Shown one piece after another: positions 31,275-40,528 of a stretch of 64,000 bases of DNA. How positions within the stretch are numbered: the first letter of the stretch is position 1; each line of letters begins with the position of its first letter. Source of the DNA: Candidatus Omnitrophota bacterium (GTDB taxonomy: Bacteria; Omnitrophota; Gorgyraeia; 1-14-0-20-64-10); assembly GCA_023248155.1 (NCBI GenBank), contig JAHFFE010000002.1:42263-106262 (forward strand), given 5' to 3'. The notes below the pieces were generated by a model. It ran no database searches. It was not told the DNA's origin and saw nothing but the letters and a program-made list of their open reading frames with translations. The translations under genes were made by a program, and so were the position numbers.

Positions 31275-31663
31275 AAATCCGTCGGAATGCCGGTGGTTTT
31301 ACGCTGCTCGAGATGCTGATCGCGCTGGGCATTTTAATGACGGGTGTTCTTGCGACGGTCTACCTGGTAAGCCGCGGCATTGCCGCGACGAATGATACCG
31401 AGTCCACCGAGCAGGCGCTGGCATTGGCGCAGCAGCGGATGGAAGCGCTTCGCTCGGGCGCTTATGCCGCGATTGTCAACGAACCGCGTGCCGCCGTGGC
31501 CGGCTGGGTTAATTTCGACCGCCAGGTGGTTGTAGCACAGCCGGCCGGTACCGGTGTGAGCAATCAGATTCGCCAGGTCACCGTTACGGTATTTTGGCCG
31601 ACGACCGGCGGCGAGCAGAACCTGACATTAACCACCTATGTCTGCAATGTCGTCAATAACTAG
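31271..31663 (+). CDS. Minor pilin (PilV-like)
   Basis: GG-FTLLEM. Confidence 0.85.
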   Translation: MKIRRNAGGFTLLEMLIALGILMTGVLATVYLVSRGIAATNDTESTEQALALAQQRMEALRSGAYAAIVNEPRAAVAGWVNFDRQVVVAQPAGTGVSNQIRQVTVTVFWPTTGGEQNLTLTTYVCNVVNN

Positions 31664-32180
31664 GCGGTCGCGCGGCGTCAGTCTGCTTGAATTGATTTTG
31701 GCGGTTGGTCTTTTTTCTGTACTGCTGATTGCGCTGTTCGGTGTTTACCGGATCATTTTTATCTCGACCACGTCGGTTCAGGACCGGATGCAGCTGCAGC
31801 GGAGCGCCGAGCATGGCCTTGAAAAAGCGATCCGCGATTTGCGTACCGCGGTGGCGCTGCAGAACGATCCGAGCAACGCGATCCGGTACACGCTTCAACA
31901 GGGCGCTGCGCAGAATTCGTTTATTTTATATCTCTACAACGCGGCCGACCCGTTTCTGCCGCCTTACACGCAGCCGACGTATGAACTTCGGCAGGCGCCC
32001 GTCGCCGGCGCGATTGGCGGCGCGTTTGTGTATGGCGCCGGCACGCTGTTGGTGCGCGATGTTCAGCCGCCGCCGGCATCGGTTATTCAGGTTGCCGGAA
32101 CATTGGCAACGCTGGATCTCAGCGTGACGCGGGGAAACGAAACTTACCGTCTGGTTAAACAGGTCAGGCGCAGAAGTTGA
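31638..32180 (+). CDS. Minor pilin (PilW-like)
   Basis: RG-VSLLEL. Confidence 0.85.
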   Translation: MSAMSSITRRSRGVSLLELILAVGLFSVLLIALFGVYRIIFISTTSVQDRMQLQRSAEHGLEKAIRDLRTAVALQNDPSNAIRYTLQQGAAQNSFILYLYNAADPFLPPYTQPTYELRQAPVAGAIGGAFVYGAGTLLVRDVQPPPASVIQVAGTLATLDLSVTRGNETYRLVKQVRRRS

Positions 32181-33073
32181 TGCGCGCCTCTGCGCAGCGC
32201 GGAGTGGCGCTGGTGATGGTGATGGCTTTTTTGATTCTGTTCGCGACGATGGCGACATTTTTTGTTTTCACGGCCTCTGTTTTCGTAAAGAACAGCGGCT
32301 GGGAGCAGGTGGACCACCAGGTATTCTGGATTGCGGAGGCCGGTTTGCAAAAAGCGATTTGGAATTTGAAAACGCCGGTTGCCAGCGGTGGGCGGGGTGA
32401 GCTCTGGACAACGGCTGGAACTCTGGAAAATTTGGCCAATGGGAACTATACGATGGTGGTTGAGGCCTGGGATTACGCACTTGCCGCCAATGGGGCCACT
32501 GCGGTGTCCGTACCACCCACTGTTGTCAATCCCGCTTCTAATGCGATTGATGGCAACGGCGCTACTTTCTGGGAGTCCAGTGGATCACCTGTAATCACTC
32601 AACAAGATTTAATCATCACACTGCCTTATGCGATTACCGTGAATCGGTTGCGGTTCTTAGCGTTTAGTACTCCAGCGTTTCCACAAAACTACATTCCGCG
32701 GGATTATAGTTGGGCTGTTTCCCCAGACAACGCGGTTTGGACGCCTGCTTTACCCGCGATTACCAACAACACCAGTGCTGACAGTGATCTTGCCGTTCCA
32801 CCGGCTTTAGCTGTGGGCGGGCCGGCGGATGTTTTTCCCGCTCAGACGAATGTGCGGTTTGTCCGTTTGCGGACGACGCGGGATGGTGTCGGGGCTCCCG
32901 CGCGCGCGCGTGTCATTGCTCTGGAGATCAACGGCCGGCGGATTACTTCCACGGGCCGGATTACGACCGGCGGGGTTACCATTGCCAGGACTGTCCGCCA
33001 AACGGTTGTCACCGACGACGCGCTTCCTCAAAATCAAGTGGCTTATTACCAGCCCGACTGGACGGAGCAGTAG
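32177..33073 (+). CDS. PilX-like minor pilin with a discoidin/F5/8-type domain
   Basis: RG-VALVMV, AEAG; NAIDGNGATFWES...RFVRL. Confidence 0.8.
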   Translation: MMRASAQRGVALVMVMAFLILFATMATFFVFTASVFVKNSGWEQVDHQVFWIAEAGLQKAIWNLKTPVASGGRGELWTTAGTLENLANGNYTMVVEAWDYALAANGATAVSVPPTVVNPASNAIDGNGATFWESSGSPVITQQDLIITLPYAITVNRLRFLAFSTPAFPQNYIPRDYSWAVSPDNAVWTPALPAITNNTSADSDLAVPPALAVGGPADVFPAQTNVRFVRLRTTRDGVGAPARARVIALEINGRRITSTGRITTGGVTIARTVRQTVVTDDALPQNQVAYYQPDWTEQ

Positions 33074-33075
33074 CG

Positions 33076-34653
33076 ATGGCCGAACGAATTTTAGCGCTTG
33101 ATCTGGGAACCGAATCGTTCAAACTGCTGACGGCTGAGGAGCAGGCTGGTTCATGGGTCATCACGCATCTGGGTTCCAAAGAGATTCCTCCCGGCGCCAA
33201 TGACGCGATTCGTCTGCAGGCCTTAAAAGAATTAATCGGCGAGATTCAGTTAAAACAATTCCGCACCGTCGTCAGCGTGCTGGACGATTCTTTTTCATCT
33301 GTGCGCCAGATTTACACGCCGCCGATACCGGCATCGGAACTGCTTTCAGCGGTCCGCTGGGAAATGCAGAATTTTCTGGCGATCCCTCCGGAAGAAACGG
33401 CGGTTGATTTAATTTCTTTGGGCACGGTTGATTTAGGCGGCGTTACCAAACAGAGGCATATCGCGGCGGCGGTCTCCGTCGAGGCGGTCCGCAATCATTG
33501 CGCGCTGCTGGCGTCGGCCGGCATTCGTCCGTCGCAACTGATCCCGAAAAATTTAGCGCTCGCTCTCTGCGCCGAAAAGCTACAGCCGTCTTCGGCCGAT
33601 CTGCCCCGCGTTATTTTGGATATCGGGTCGTCTTCGGCCGAATGCGTCGTGCAGGAAGGGCTGTGGCCGGTGTTTGCGCGCAGAATTCCCGGCGGATCGC
33701 AGGGGCTGACGCGCGAGATGAGCGGCATGATCGTTTCGGGCCAGGGGCAGGTGGCGCTTACGGCCGATGAAGCCGAACAGTTAAAACGCCGCGTCGGGAT
33801 CCCTTCAAGGGACGCCGGAGACCTGGGCGTCAAAGGGATTTCCGGCATGCAGCTTTTTTCGCTGATGCGCGCCTGGCTGGACCGCCTGGCCGTTGAAACC
33901 GAACGCTCGGTCACTTTTTATGGTGAGACTTCCGGCCGCAATGCCGTTGCCGAAATTATTCTGCTGGGCGGCGGCGCCCATCTGCGCGGATTGCCCGAAT
34001 GGCTCTCGGAACGGCTCGGGGTCCGCGTGAGCGTTCCGGCCGGATTAACGGGTGATCAGGCCGTTTTCGGAAAATTTCCGTCTGTCCGGGGCGTGGAATG
34101 CGCTTACGCGGCCGTTCTGGGTGCTGTTTACGGCGAAGGCAAAGGCCTGAATCTTTTACCGGCTGAAATACGCGAAAAAACAAAACGGACGGTTCAACGG
34201 ATGGCGGCCGCGGCGCTGGGCGCCGCTTTCGCGGTGGCGCTGATCGTCGGCGGCGTAGGCTTGCGATTGTATCAGCGTAATTTACGGGGACAGATCGCCG
34301 CGATGGAAATCGAAGCCGCTTCGACTAACCAGCGCTGGGCTGATTTAAAAGAATATTTGTCGGCCCGGAACCGCATTATCTCCGAACCGCGCTGGCGTGA
34401 TTTTTTAATGGAGTTAAGCCAAGCGACCCCCGCTCAAATAAAGCTCTCTTCGTTGACAGTGGATGAAACCCGCCAGGTCACGCTGCGCGGAGTTATTCAT
34501 GCCGGGCCGCGCTCCGTGCAAGATCTGATGGCCGATTATTTGCGCGTGCTGCATGGCCGCTCATTAACTCAGGTCGAATTGCGACGGACCCGCCGTACGG
34601 ATAATGATTCGGCTGAGGCGGAGTTTGAAATCGGAGGCCGCTTACTGCCATGA
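33076..34653 (+). CDS. PilM-PilN fusion
   Basis: LDLGT, LDIG, GGGAHL (actin-like), then LNLLP, a TM segment and a PilN-like tail. Confidence 0.85.
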   Translation: MAERILALDLGTESFKLLTAEEQAGSWVITHLGSKEIPPGANDAIRLQALKELIGEIQLKQFRTVVSVLDDSFSSVRQIYTPPIPASELLSAVRWEMQNFLAIPPEETAVDLISLGTVDLGGVTKQRHIAAAVSVEAVRNHCALLASAGIRPSQLIPKNLALALCAEKLQPSSADLPRVILDIGSSSAECVVQEGLWPVFARRIPGGSQGLTREMSGMIVSGQGQVALTADEAEQLKRRVGIPSRDAGDLGVKGISGMQLFSLMRAWLDRLAVETERSVTFYGETSGRNAVAEIILLGGGAHLRGLPEWLSERLGVRVSVPAGLTGDQAVFGKFPSVRGVECAYAAVLGAVYGEGKGLNLLPAEIREKTKRTVQRMAAAALGAAFAVALIVGGVGLRLYQRNLRGQIAAMEIEAASTNQRWADLKEYLSARNRIISEPRWRDFLMELSQATPAQIKLSSLTVDETRQVTLRGVIHAGPRSVQDLMADYLRVLHGRSLTQVELRRTRRTDNDSAEAEFEIGGRLLP

Positions 34654-35159
34654 AACTTAAAAACCCGAAGCCGGCCGCCGCCGCGGGTCTTATTTTTTCC
34701 ATACTGATTCTGGTGATCGGTTATCTGCTGCCTGCGGCCGACATTCAGGCTCTATTGCGCCAGAAAAAACAGATTCAAATGACCGTGGATCAAGCAACTG
34801 ACGCCGTCCGTCCCGCGCGCGGTTCTGAATTCCGTGAACTGCCTTTACAAGAAGAAACTCCGGAGTTGTTTAAGCGTTTTTACCGGCTGGCTGAACGGCA
34901 CCGGGTTCGCGTGATGGAGTTCTCGCCGCGCATCGTTTTGCCCGGAACGGCCGATCAACCGGCCGTTCTTCCCATCGATATTCAGATGGAGGCCGCTTAT
35001 TCCGACGCGGGAGACTTTATCGGAAAGCTGACGACGGATCCGGAAATGGGGATTGTTTCCGTCCGCCGAATCGATATGGTTCCCGATGGCGAAAATAACG
35101 GACAGCTGCGGCTGTCCGTCGTGGTAGAGTTTTGTTTGAAAGCCGATAGCAATGCGTGA
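34650..35159 (+). CDS. PilO-like protein
   Basis: TM plus coiled coil, LPIDIQMEAAY, operon position. Confidence 0.75.
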   Translation: MKLKNPKPAAAAGLIFSILILVIGYLLPAADIQALLRQKKQIQMTVDQATDAVRPARGSEFRELPLQEETPELFKRFYRLAERHRVRVMEFSPRIVLPGTADQPAVLPIDIQMEAAYSDAGDFIGKLTTDPEMGIVSVRRIDMVPDGENNGQLRLSVVVEFCLKADSNA

Positions 35160-35610
35160 TCCAAAACAAAAAATTATCCTGACGGTTTTAGGGATTGTGC
35201 TCGTCGTGGTTTGGACGCGGGCGTTCATGATGAAGCCGGTCTATCGCCATAATCCGCCGCCGGTTTCTTTTCATGCCTCCGGCAGGGTTGTTGCGCCCCG
35301 GCCTTTAGCCAAAGAATCGCCGGATGAAGAACCGCCTGTCCTGAGATGGAAACGTGATCCGTTCGCTGTTTCCGAGATAGTACTGTCTTCCGGGCCGGAG
35401 AAATCAACTTTGTCGTCGGGGGCCAATGCAAAGCCGGCCGCCCCTCTGCGCCTGGAGGGGATTTTATGGGATGCCCGCAAACCGGCCGCGCTGATTAATG
35501 ACACGCTGGTTGAGGTCGGTTCTTCCGTGGGCGGCTGGAAAGTGGTTGAAATCAGGGAAGACCGCGTGAGTCTTTCCGATGGACAATCCACCCAAACTCT
35601 TGAAATCTAG
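35152..35610 (+). CDS. PilP/GspB-like protein
   Basis: RDPF, LEGILWD, ALIND. Confidence 0.75.
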   Translation: MRDPKQKIILTVLGIVLVVVWTRAFMMKPVYRHNPPPVSFHASGRVVAPRPLAKESPDEEPPVLRWKRDPFAVSEIVLSSGPEKSTLSSGANAKPAAPLRLEGILWDARKPAALINDTLVEVGSSVGGWKVVEIREDRVSLSDGQSTQTLEI

Positions 35611-36133
35611 CCGCCATCCCTTTTTTTGTTTGGCTGCTTTTCTGGTTTTCACGCAGATTGTTTTGTTTTCCGGAACGTGCGCGCGTGCCGCCGATGTTCC
35701 GTGGACGCTTCAGGAGCTGTCTGCCTATTACCGCGGTCCCGATCAAATCGCCCAATTTCTCAGAAAAAAAATCGTGCTGGTTTCCGACAGGCAATTGTTC
35801 GGCTGCGACGATTACTGGCAGTCTCCGGCCGAAACATTGCGAAGCGGAAAAGGCGATTGCGAAGATTACGCGTTGTTGGCCGAAGCGCTGTTGCGCCGGC
35901 AGAAAATTCCGGCCTGGGTTTTTTCGGTCTACGGCCCGGGCGGGTACGCGCATACGGTCTGCGCGTTTAAACAAAATGGCCGATACAATGTCATCAATGT
36001 GGATCAACTGATTTCGTATCAGGCCGAGTCCTTTAAAGAACTTGCCGGGAAGCTTCATCCTCGATGGGAATGGGCCGCGGTGGCCCGAAGAGCCGGTCAC
36101 CGCGGCAAAGCACTGCGCCGGATTACTCCGTAA
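35579..36133 (+). CDS. Transglutaminase-like Cys protease (BTLCP/LapG-like)
   Basis: [24 protein letters not shown]; signal-like N-terminus. Confidence 0.85.
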   Translation: MDNPPKLLKSSRHPFFCLAAFLVFTQIVLFSGTCARAADVPWTLQELSAYYRGPDQIAQFLRKKIVLVSDRQLFGCDDYWQSPAETLRSGKGDCEDYALLAEALLRRQKIPAWVFSVYGPGGYAHTVCAFKQNGRYNVINVDQLISYQAESFKELAGKLHPRWEWAAVARRAGHRGKALRRITP

Positions 36134-36665
36134 TTGTCACTTTCTCCATCTTGATTTCGGAAAGCGGCCGGTCGCCCGAATCTCGGGGGGCATTGGCGAT
36201 CGCATCGGCCACAGACTGGCCTTCGATGACCTTACCGAAAATCGCATGCTTGCCGTCCAGCCAGGGGGTGGGAGCTACCGTGATGAAAAACTGGCTTCCA
36301 TTCGTGTTCGGTCCGGCGTTGGCCATTGAAAGCATGCCGGCAGAGGTGTGCTTGAGCCCCGGCCCGAATTCGTCCGGAAAGCTGTATCCGGGGCCGCCCC
36401 GGCCGGTTCCGGCCGGGTCTCCGGTCTGGATCATGAAACCGGGGATAACTCGGTGAAAGATGATTCCATTATAGAAACCTTTATTGGCCAGCGTCACGAA
36501 ATTCCCGACTGTTTTGGGCGCTTTGTCCTTGTACAGCTCTACGACAATCTTGCCTTTTGTCGTTTCGATCGTTGCTTTGGGATTTGCGGGTGCTGCGTTG
36601 GCATTCGACATCAGAAAAAATCCTCCGGTGAATAATAGACTAATGATTAGGATAAATTTTCGCAT
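36123..36665 (-). CDS. Cyclophilin-type peptidyl-prolyl isomerase, exported
   Basis: [34 protein letters not shown]. Confidence 0.96.
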   Translation of the reverse strand: MRKFILIISLLFTGGFFLMSNANAAPANPKATIETTKGKIVVELYKDKAPKTVGNFVTLANKGFYNGIIFHRVIPGFMIQTGDPAGTGRGGPGYSFPDEFGPGLKHTSAGMLSMANAGPNTNGSQFFITVAPTPWLDGKHAIFGKVIEGQSVADAIANAPRDSGDRPLSEIKMEKVTITE

Positions 36666-36695
36666 GAGAGACCCCTGTTGGAAATCTAAAAAACC

Positions 36696-36727
36696 TGTCA
36701 TGCCGAGATCGTTTCTGCTCGGCATCT
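36696..36727. repeat. REP-like palindrome (TGTCAT...ATCT)
   Basis: tgtc-atgccgag-atcgtttctg-ctcggcat-ct. Confidence 0.55.
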
Positions 36728-36748
36728 TACACGCCTAATACCAGGTTT

Positions 36749-39544
36749 TTACGAACAGCCGGATGTTTCGCCGCAGTTGAAGCACTTGTAGCAGCTTCCC
36801 GAGCGAACCATCATCGATCCGCAGCTATGACAGGGCGGGGCATCCACCTGGCCCTGGAACCCTTGCCGGGTTGTGGGCGTTATGGTGGAGGTGGTCCCGT
36901 CCGTTGATGCCGGCTGCGTGATATCCGCCTGCTTGGCGGCCAGGTCAGTCACCGTTGCCGGGGCTTGCGGCTGCTCTGCAGTCGGCAGAAACTTTAACGC
37001 CAGCCACCGGAACACATAGTCGAGAATCGACTGCGCGAACCGGATCTGCGGGTTGGAAGTGATGCCGGCCGGCTCGAACCGCATATGGGTGAATTTCTTC
37101 ACCAGCGCTTCCAGCGGCACGCCGTACTGCAGCGCCAGCGAGATCGCCGTCGCGAAGGCGTCCAGAAGTCCCGAGATCACGGTGCCTTCCTTGGACATCA
37201 CGATGAAAATCTCACCCGGCTTGCCGTCTTCGTACAGGCCGACCGTTAAATAGCCGTCATGGCCAGCGATCGAAAACTTGTGCGTGAACGCCTGACGCTC
37301 ATCCGGCAGGTACTTGCGTTTCGCGCGCGTCTTGATTTGCGCGGCGATTTCCCGCGAGATCGCTTCACCGGTTTCTGATTTTTCGCTCTTCTCTTCTTTT
37401 CCGGCCGAGAGCGGCTGAACTTTCTTGGATCCGTCACGGTAGATCGCCACCGCTTTTACGCCCAGTTTCCACGATTCGATGTAGGTCTGCATAATCTCAT
37501 CAATCGTGATGTCGGTGGGAACGTTGACCGTCTTGGAGATGGCGCCGCTGATAAACGGCTGAACGGCTCCCATCATCCGGACATGGCCCATGTAATGGAT
37601 ATACCGCGTCCCTTTCATTGATTTGAACGCGCAGTCGAAGACCGCCAGGTGCTCGTCTTTGAGCCCGGGCGCTCCCTCGATGGTTTCTTCCTTGTCGAGG
37701 TGCTGACAGATCGCGGTAACCTCGTCCTCGGAATAGCCCAGCCGTGAAAGCGCTTTCGGAACGGTCTGGTTCACAATTTTCATCAACCCGCCGCCAACCA
37801 GCTTCTTGTATTTGATCAGCGCGATGTCAGGCTCCACGCCGGTCGTATCGCAGTCCATCATGAACCCGATCGTTCCGGTCGGCGCCAGCACTGACATCTG
37901 GGAATTGCGCACGCCCTGGGCCGTGCCCAGCTTGAGAGCTTCGTCCCAGGACTGCTGTGCGGCGCTGAACATTGCCTCGGGAACCAGGCGGTCATCGACG
38001 GCCACCAGCGCGTCGCGGTGCATTCGGATTACTTTCAACTGCGCGTCGCGGTTGGCGGCAAATCCGGCGTACGGACCTTTAACTCCGGCGATTTCCGCCG
38101 AGGTCCGGTACGCTTCGCCGCACATCAGCGCGGTGATCGCCGCGGCGTAGGCGCGGCCTTTGTCGGAATCATAAGGAACACCCAGCGACATCAGCAAAGC
38201 GCCCAGGTTTGCATAACCCAGACCCAGTTCGCGGAACGCGCGGGCATTCTCGCCGATCTTCTGCGTCGGGTAGGAAGAATTGTCCACGACGATATCCATT
38301 GCCGTTGAAATCGTCCGGACCGCCGACTTGAAATCTGACACATGAAAATGTCCGGCCTCGTCGACGAATTTCATCAGGTTCAGACTGGCCAGGTTGCAGG
38401 CGCTGTCGTCGAGGTGCATATATTCGGAGCAGGGGTTGCTGGCATTAATTCGCCCGCTGTTGGGGCAGGTGTGCCATTTGTTGATGGTCGTATCGAACTG
38501 CATGCCCGGGTCGCCGCAATGCCAGGTCGCTTCCGCGATGGAGTAGAGCAGATCGCGTGCCTGAACGGTATGCACCGGTTTGCGGTCGGCCGTGCCGAGA
38601 AGATCCCATGCTTTATTGTCGGCGGCGGCCTGCATGAACTCGTCGGTCGCACGGACCGAATTGTTCGCGTTCTGAAAGTAAACGCTGCCGTAGGCTTCTC
38701 CGTCGATGGCGGAGTCATAACCGGCTTCAACCAATGCCCAGGCCTTGCGTTCTTCGTCCCACTTGCAGCGGATAAATCGCTCGATGTCCGGATGATCCGA
38801 ATTCAGAACCACCATTTTCGCGGCGCGCCGGGTTTTACCGCCCGACTTGATCACGCCGGCGGATGCATCGGCGGCCCGCATGAACGAAACCGGTCCGGAA
38901 GCGGTTCCGCCGCCGGCCAATCGTTCCTTGCTGCCGCGGATCGGGGAAAGGTTCACGCCCGATCCGGACCCGTACTTGAAAATCATTCCTTCGGTCTTGT
39001 ACCAGTCGAGGATCGACTCCATCGTGTCTTTGACCGACAGGATGAAGCAGGCCGAGCATTGCGGCTTGGCTTCGATTCCAACATTGAACCAGACCGGGGA
39101 GTTGAACGCGACGCGCTGCATGACCAGCATATGCGTCAATTCCGCGCGGAACGATTCAGCATCTTCGGCGCTGGCGAAATAGCCGTCTTTGATGCCCCAC
39201 TCGGTGATGGTGTTGGCGACGCGATTGATCAGCTGTCGAACCGACGATTCGCGCTGCGGGGTTCCCAACTGGCCGCGGAAATATTTGGAGACCACCACAT
39301 TGGTGGCCGTCTGCGACCAGAAGATAGGCATTTCCACCTGCTTCTGCTCAAAGACAACCTCGCCATGCTCATTGGTGATTGAGGCGGCGCGGAACTCCCA
39401 CGAAATCTCATCGTAGGGGTGCGTCCCGGCTGTAGTGAAATACCGCGGAATCTCCAAACCTTTCAAAGACGCATTACTCTTGGCTTGTCCTCGTGTGGTC
39501 ATCGATTTGGCGGAAGCCTCTCCCAAGGCGGAATCGTTCGACAT
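36749..39544 (-). CDS. nrdJ: Class II (B12-dependent) ribonucleotide reductase
   Basis: FNSPVWFN, QCSACFI, SNPCSEY, APTGTI, TSCPD-like C-terminus and zinc ribbon. Confidence 0.96.
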   Translation of the reverse strand: MSNDSALGEASAKSMTTRGQAKSNASLKGLEIPRYFTTAGTHPYDEISWEFRAASITNEHGEVVFEQKQVEMPIFWSQTATNVVVSKYFRGQLGTPQRESSVRQLINRVANTITEWGIKDGYFASAEDAESFRAELTHMLVMQRVAFNSPVWFNVGIEAKPQCSACFILSVKDTMESILDWYKTEGMIFKYGSGSGVNLSPIRGSKERLAGGGTASGPVSFMRAADASAGVIKSGGKTRRAAKMVVLNSDHPDIERFIRCKWDEERKAWALVEAGYDSAIDGEAYGSVYFQNANNSVRATDEFMQAAADNKAWDLLGTADRKPVHTVQARDLLYSIAEATWHCGDPGMQFDTTINKWHTCPNSGRINASNPCSEYMHLDDSACNLASLNLMKFVDEAGHFHVSDFKSAVRTISTAMDIVVDNSSYPTQKIGENARAFRELGLGYANLGALLMSLGVPYDSDKGRAYAAAITALMCGEAYRTSAEIAGVKGPYAGFAANRDAQLKVIRMHRDALVAVDDRLVPEAMFSAAQQSWDEALKLGTAQGVRNSQMSVLAPTGTIGFMMDCDTTGVEPDIALIKYKKLVGGGLMKIVNQTVPKALSRLGYSEDEVTAICQHLDKEETIEGAPGLKDEHLAVFDCAFKSMKGTRYIHYMGHVRMMGAVQPFISGAISKTVNVPTDITIDEIMQTYIESWKLGVKAVAIYRDGSKKVQPLSAGKEEKSEKSETGEAISREIAAQIKTRAKRKYLPDERQAFTHKFSIAGHDGYLTVGLYEDGKPGEIFIVMSKEGTVISGLLDAFATAISLALQYGVPLEALVKKFTHMRFEPAGITSNPQIRFAQSILDYVFRWLALKFLPTAEQPQAPATVTDLAAKQADITQPASTDGTTSTITPTTRQGFQGQVDAPPCHSCGSMMVRSGSCYKCFNCGETSGCS

Positions 39545-39798
39545 GAAAGCTCTCCAAAATAGATTACCTGATGCAAGGGAGAAAATAAACCCTTGGACAG
39601 GCAATCAAAAAAGTTGTTGTTTCAAACTGCTCATACTGCCGCTTGCCCTGCAGCGTTTGCGGTGGGAGGGAATCCCCTTCGGGGAGTATGGGGATGAAGC
39701 CCTATTCATTCCGTACAATTGGTGCTTTTTGCTGAACAGAACCTAGTCTGCCTTCTCACTTAGGCCGACGAGGCCCTCTCAACTGCACCCACCCCCCT

Positions 39799-39853
39799 CC
39801 ACAACATCTTGCGGGCAGAGATTGTTTTACCGCAATATGTGGCGCTTTGTCAA
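39799..39853 (-). promoter_or_regulatory. Tandem NrdR boxes overlapping the nrdJ promoter
   Basis: ccacaacatcttgcgg (39799) and ccgcaatatgtggcgc (39830), 31 bp apart; TTGACA at 39853-39848. Confidence 0.8.
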
Positions 39854-39960
39854 GTCTAAAAGCAGAAAAAATTTCAACAATCAACTATTGTATATATTAA
39901 CAAATCGTTTCCGTCGGGGGGTATCGTTTGGGCGCACAATTCATGCTATAATCGGTTTTA

Positions 39961-40521
39961 ATGGAAACCGCAATTGCGTTAAAAGAATGGGCGATTATCA
40001 CTCAGGCCGCGGGTGCCGGAGAACAGGTGATTTTGCTGCGAAAGGGAGGGATCCGCGACCCGCAGGGACTCTTTGCTCTCGAACACCGCGAATTTTTGCT
40101 TTACCCTACCTGGGAACATCAGAAAAAAGAATGGGTTCGCGCGCCGTTCCAGCAGAAATACAGCGCTGTTTTAGAAGCCAAAGAACCGGCCCAGGTCCCA
40201 TTTTCAGTTTATGCCGGCGTAGCGTACCACACCGAAATTAAAAACCTTTCTGTTTTCACGAGGCTCGAAAAATACCATATCTGGACGCCCGAATTTTTTG
40301 CCTACCGGGCGCAATACCATCCGGAATCACCCACGCTGCTGGCGGTCATCCGCGCTTATCATCTGCCCAAGACGGTGAACGTTTCTCCGGAACCGGACTA
40401 TGCCGGCTGTAAATCCTGGGTGAATTTAAAGAGGCCGGTTTCAGTGGATGGCGGTGAGCCGGTGATTGAAAACCGGAAATTCCGGACGATATTGGAAGAG
40501 ATTAGAGAGGTTTGCGGTTAG
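39961..40521 (+). CDS. DUF1802 family protein
   Basis: ALKEW, LLRKGGI, FLLYPT.EHQ, YAGCKSW. Confidence 0.9.
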   Translation: METAIALKEWAIITQAAGAGEQVILLRKGGIRDPQGLFALEHREFLLYPTWEHQKKEWVRAPFQQKYSAVLEAKEPAQVPFSVYAGVAYHTEIKNLSVFTRLEKYHIWTPEFFAYRAQYHPESPTLLAVIRAYHLPKTVNVSPEPDYAGCKSWVNLKRPVSVDGGEPVIENRKFRTILEEIREVCG

Positions 40522-40528
40522 TTAAGAG

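Noticed and set aside
38342-39382. 346-aa plus-strand ORF
   Set aside because: Antisense to nrdJ.
39545-39800. Cobalamin riboswitch in the long nrdJ leader
   Set aside because: Hairpins exist but I could not find a B12-box consensus; NrdR boxes already explain regulation. An Rfam search would settle it.
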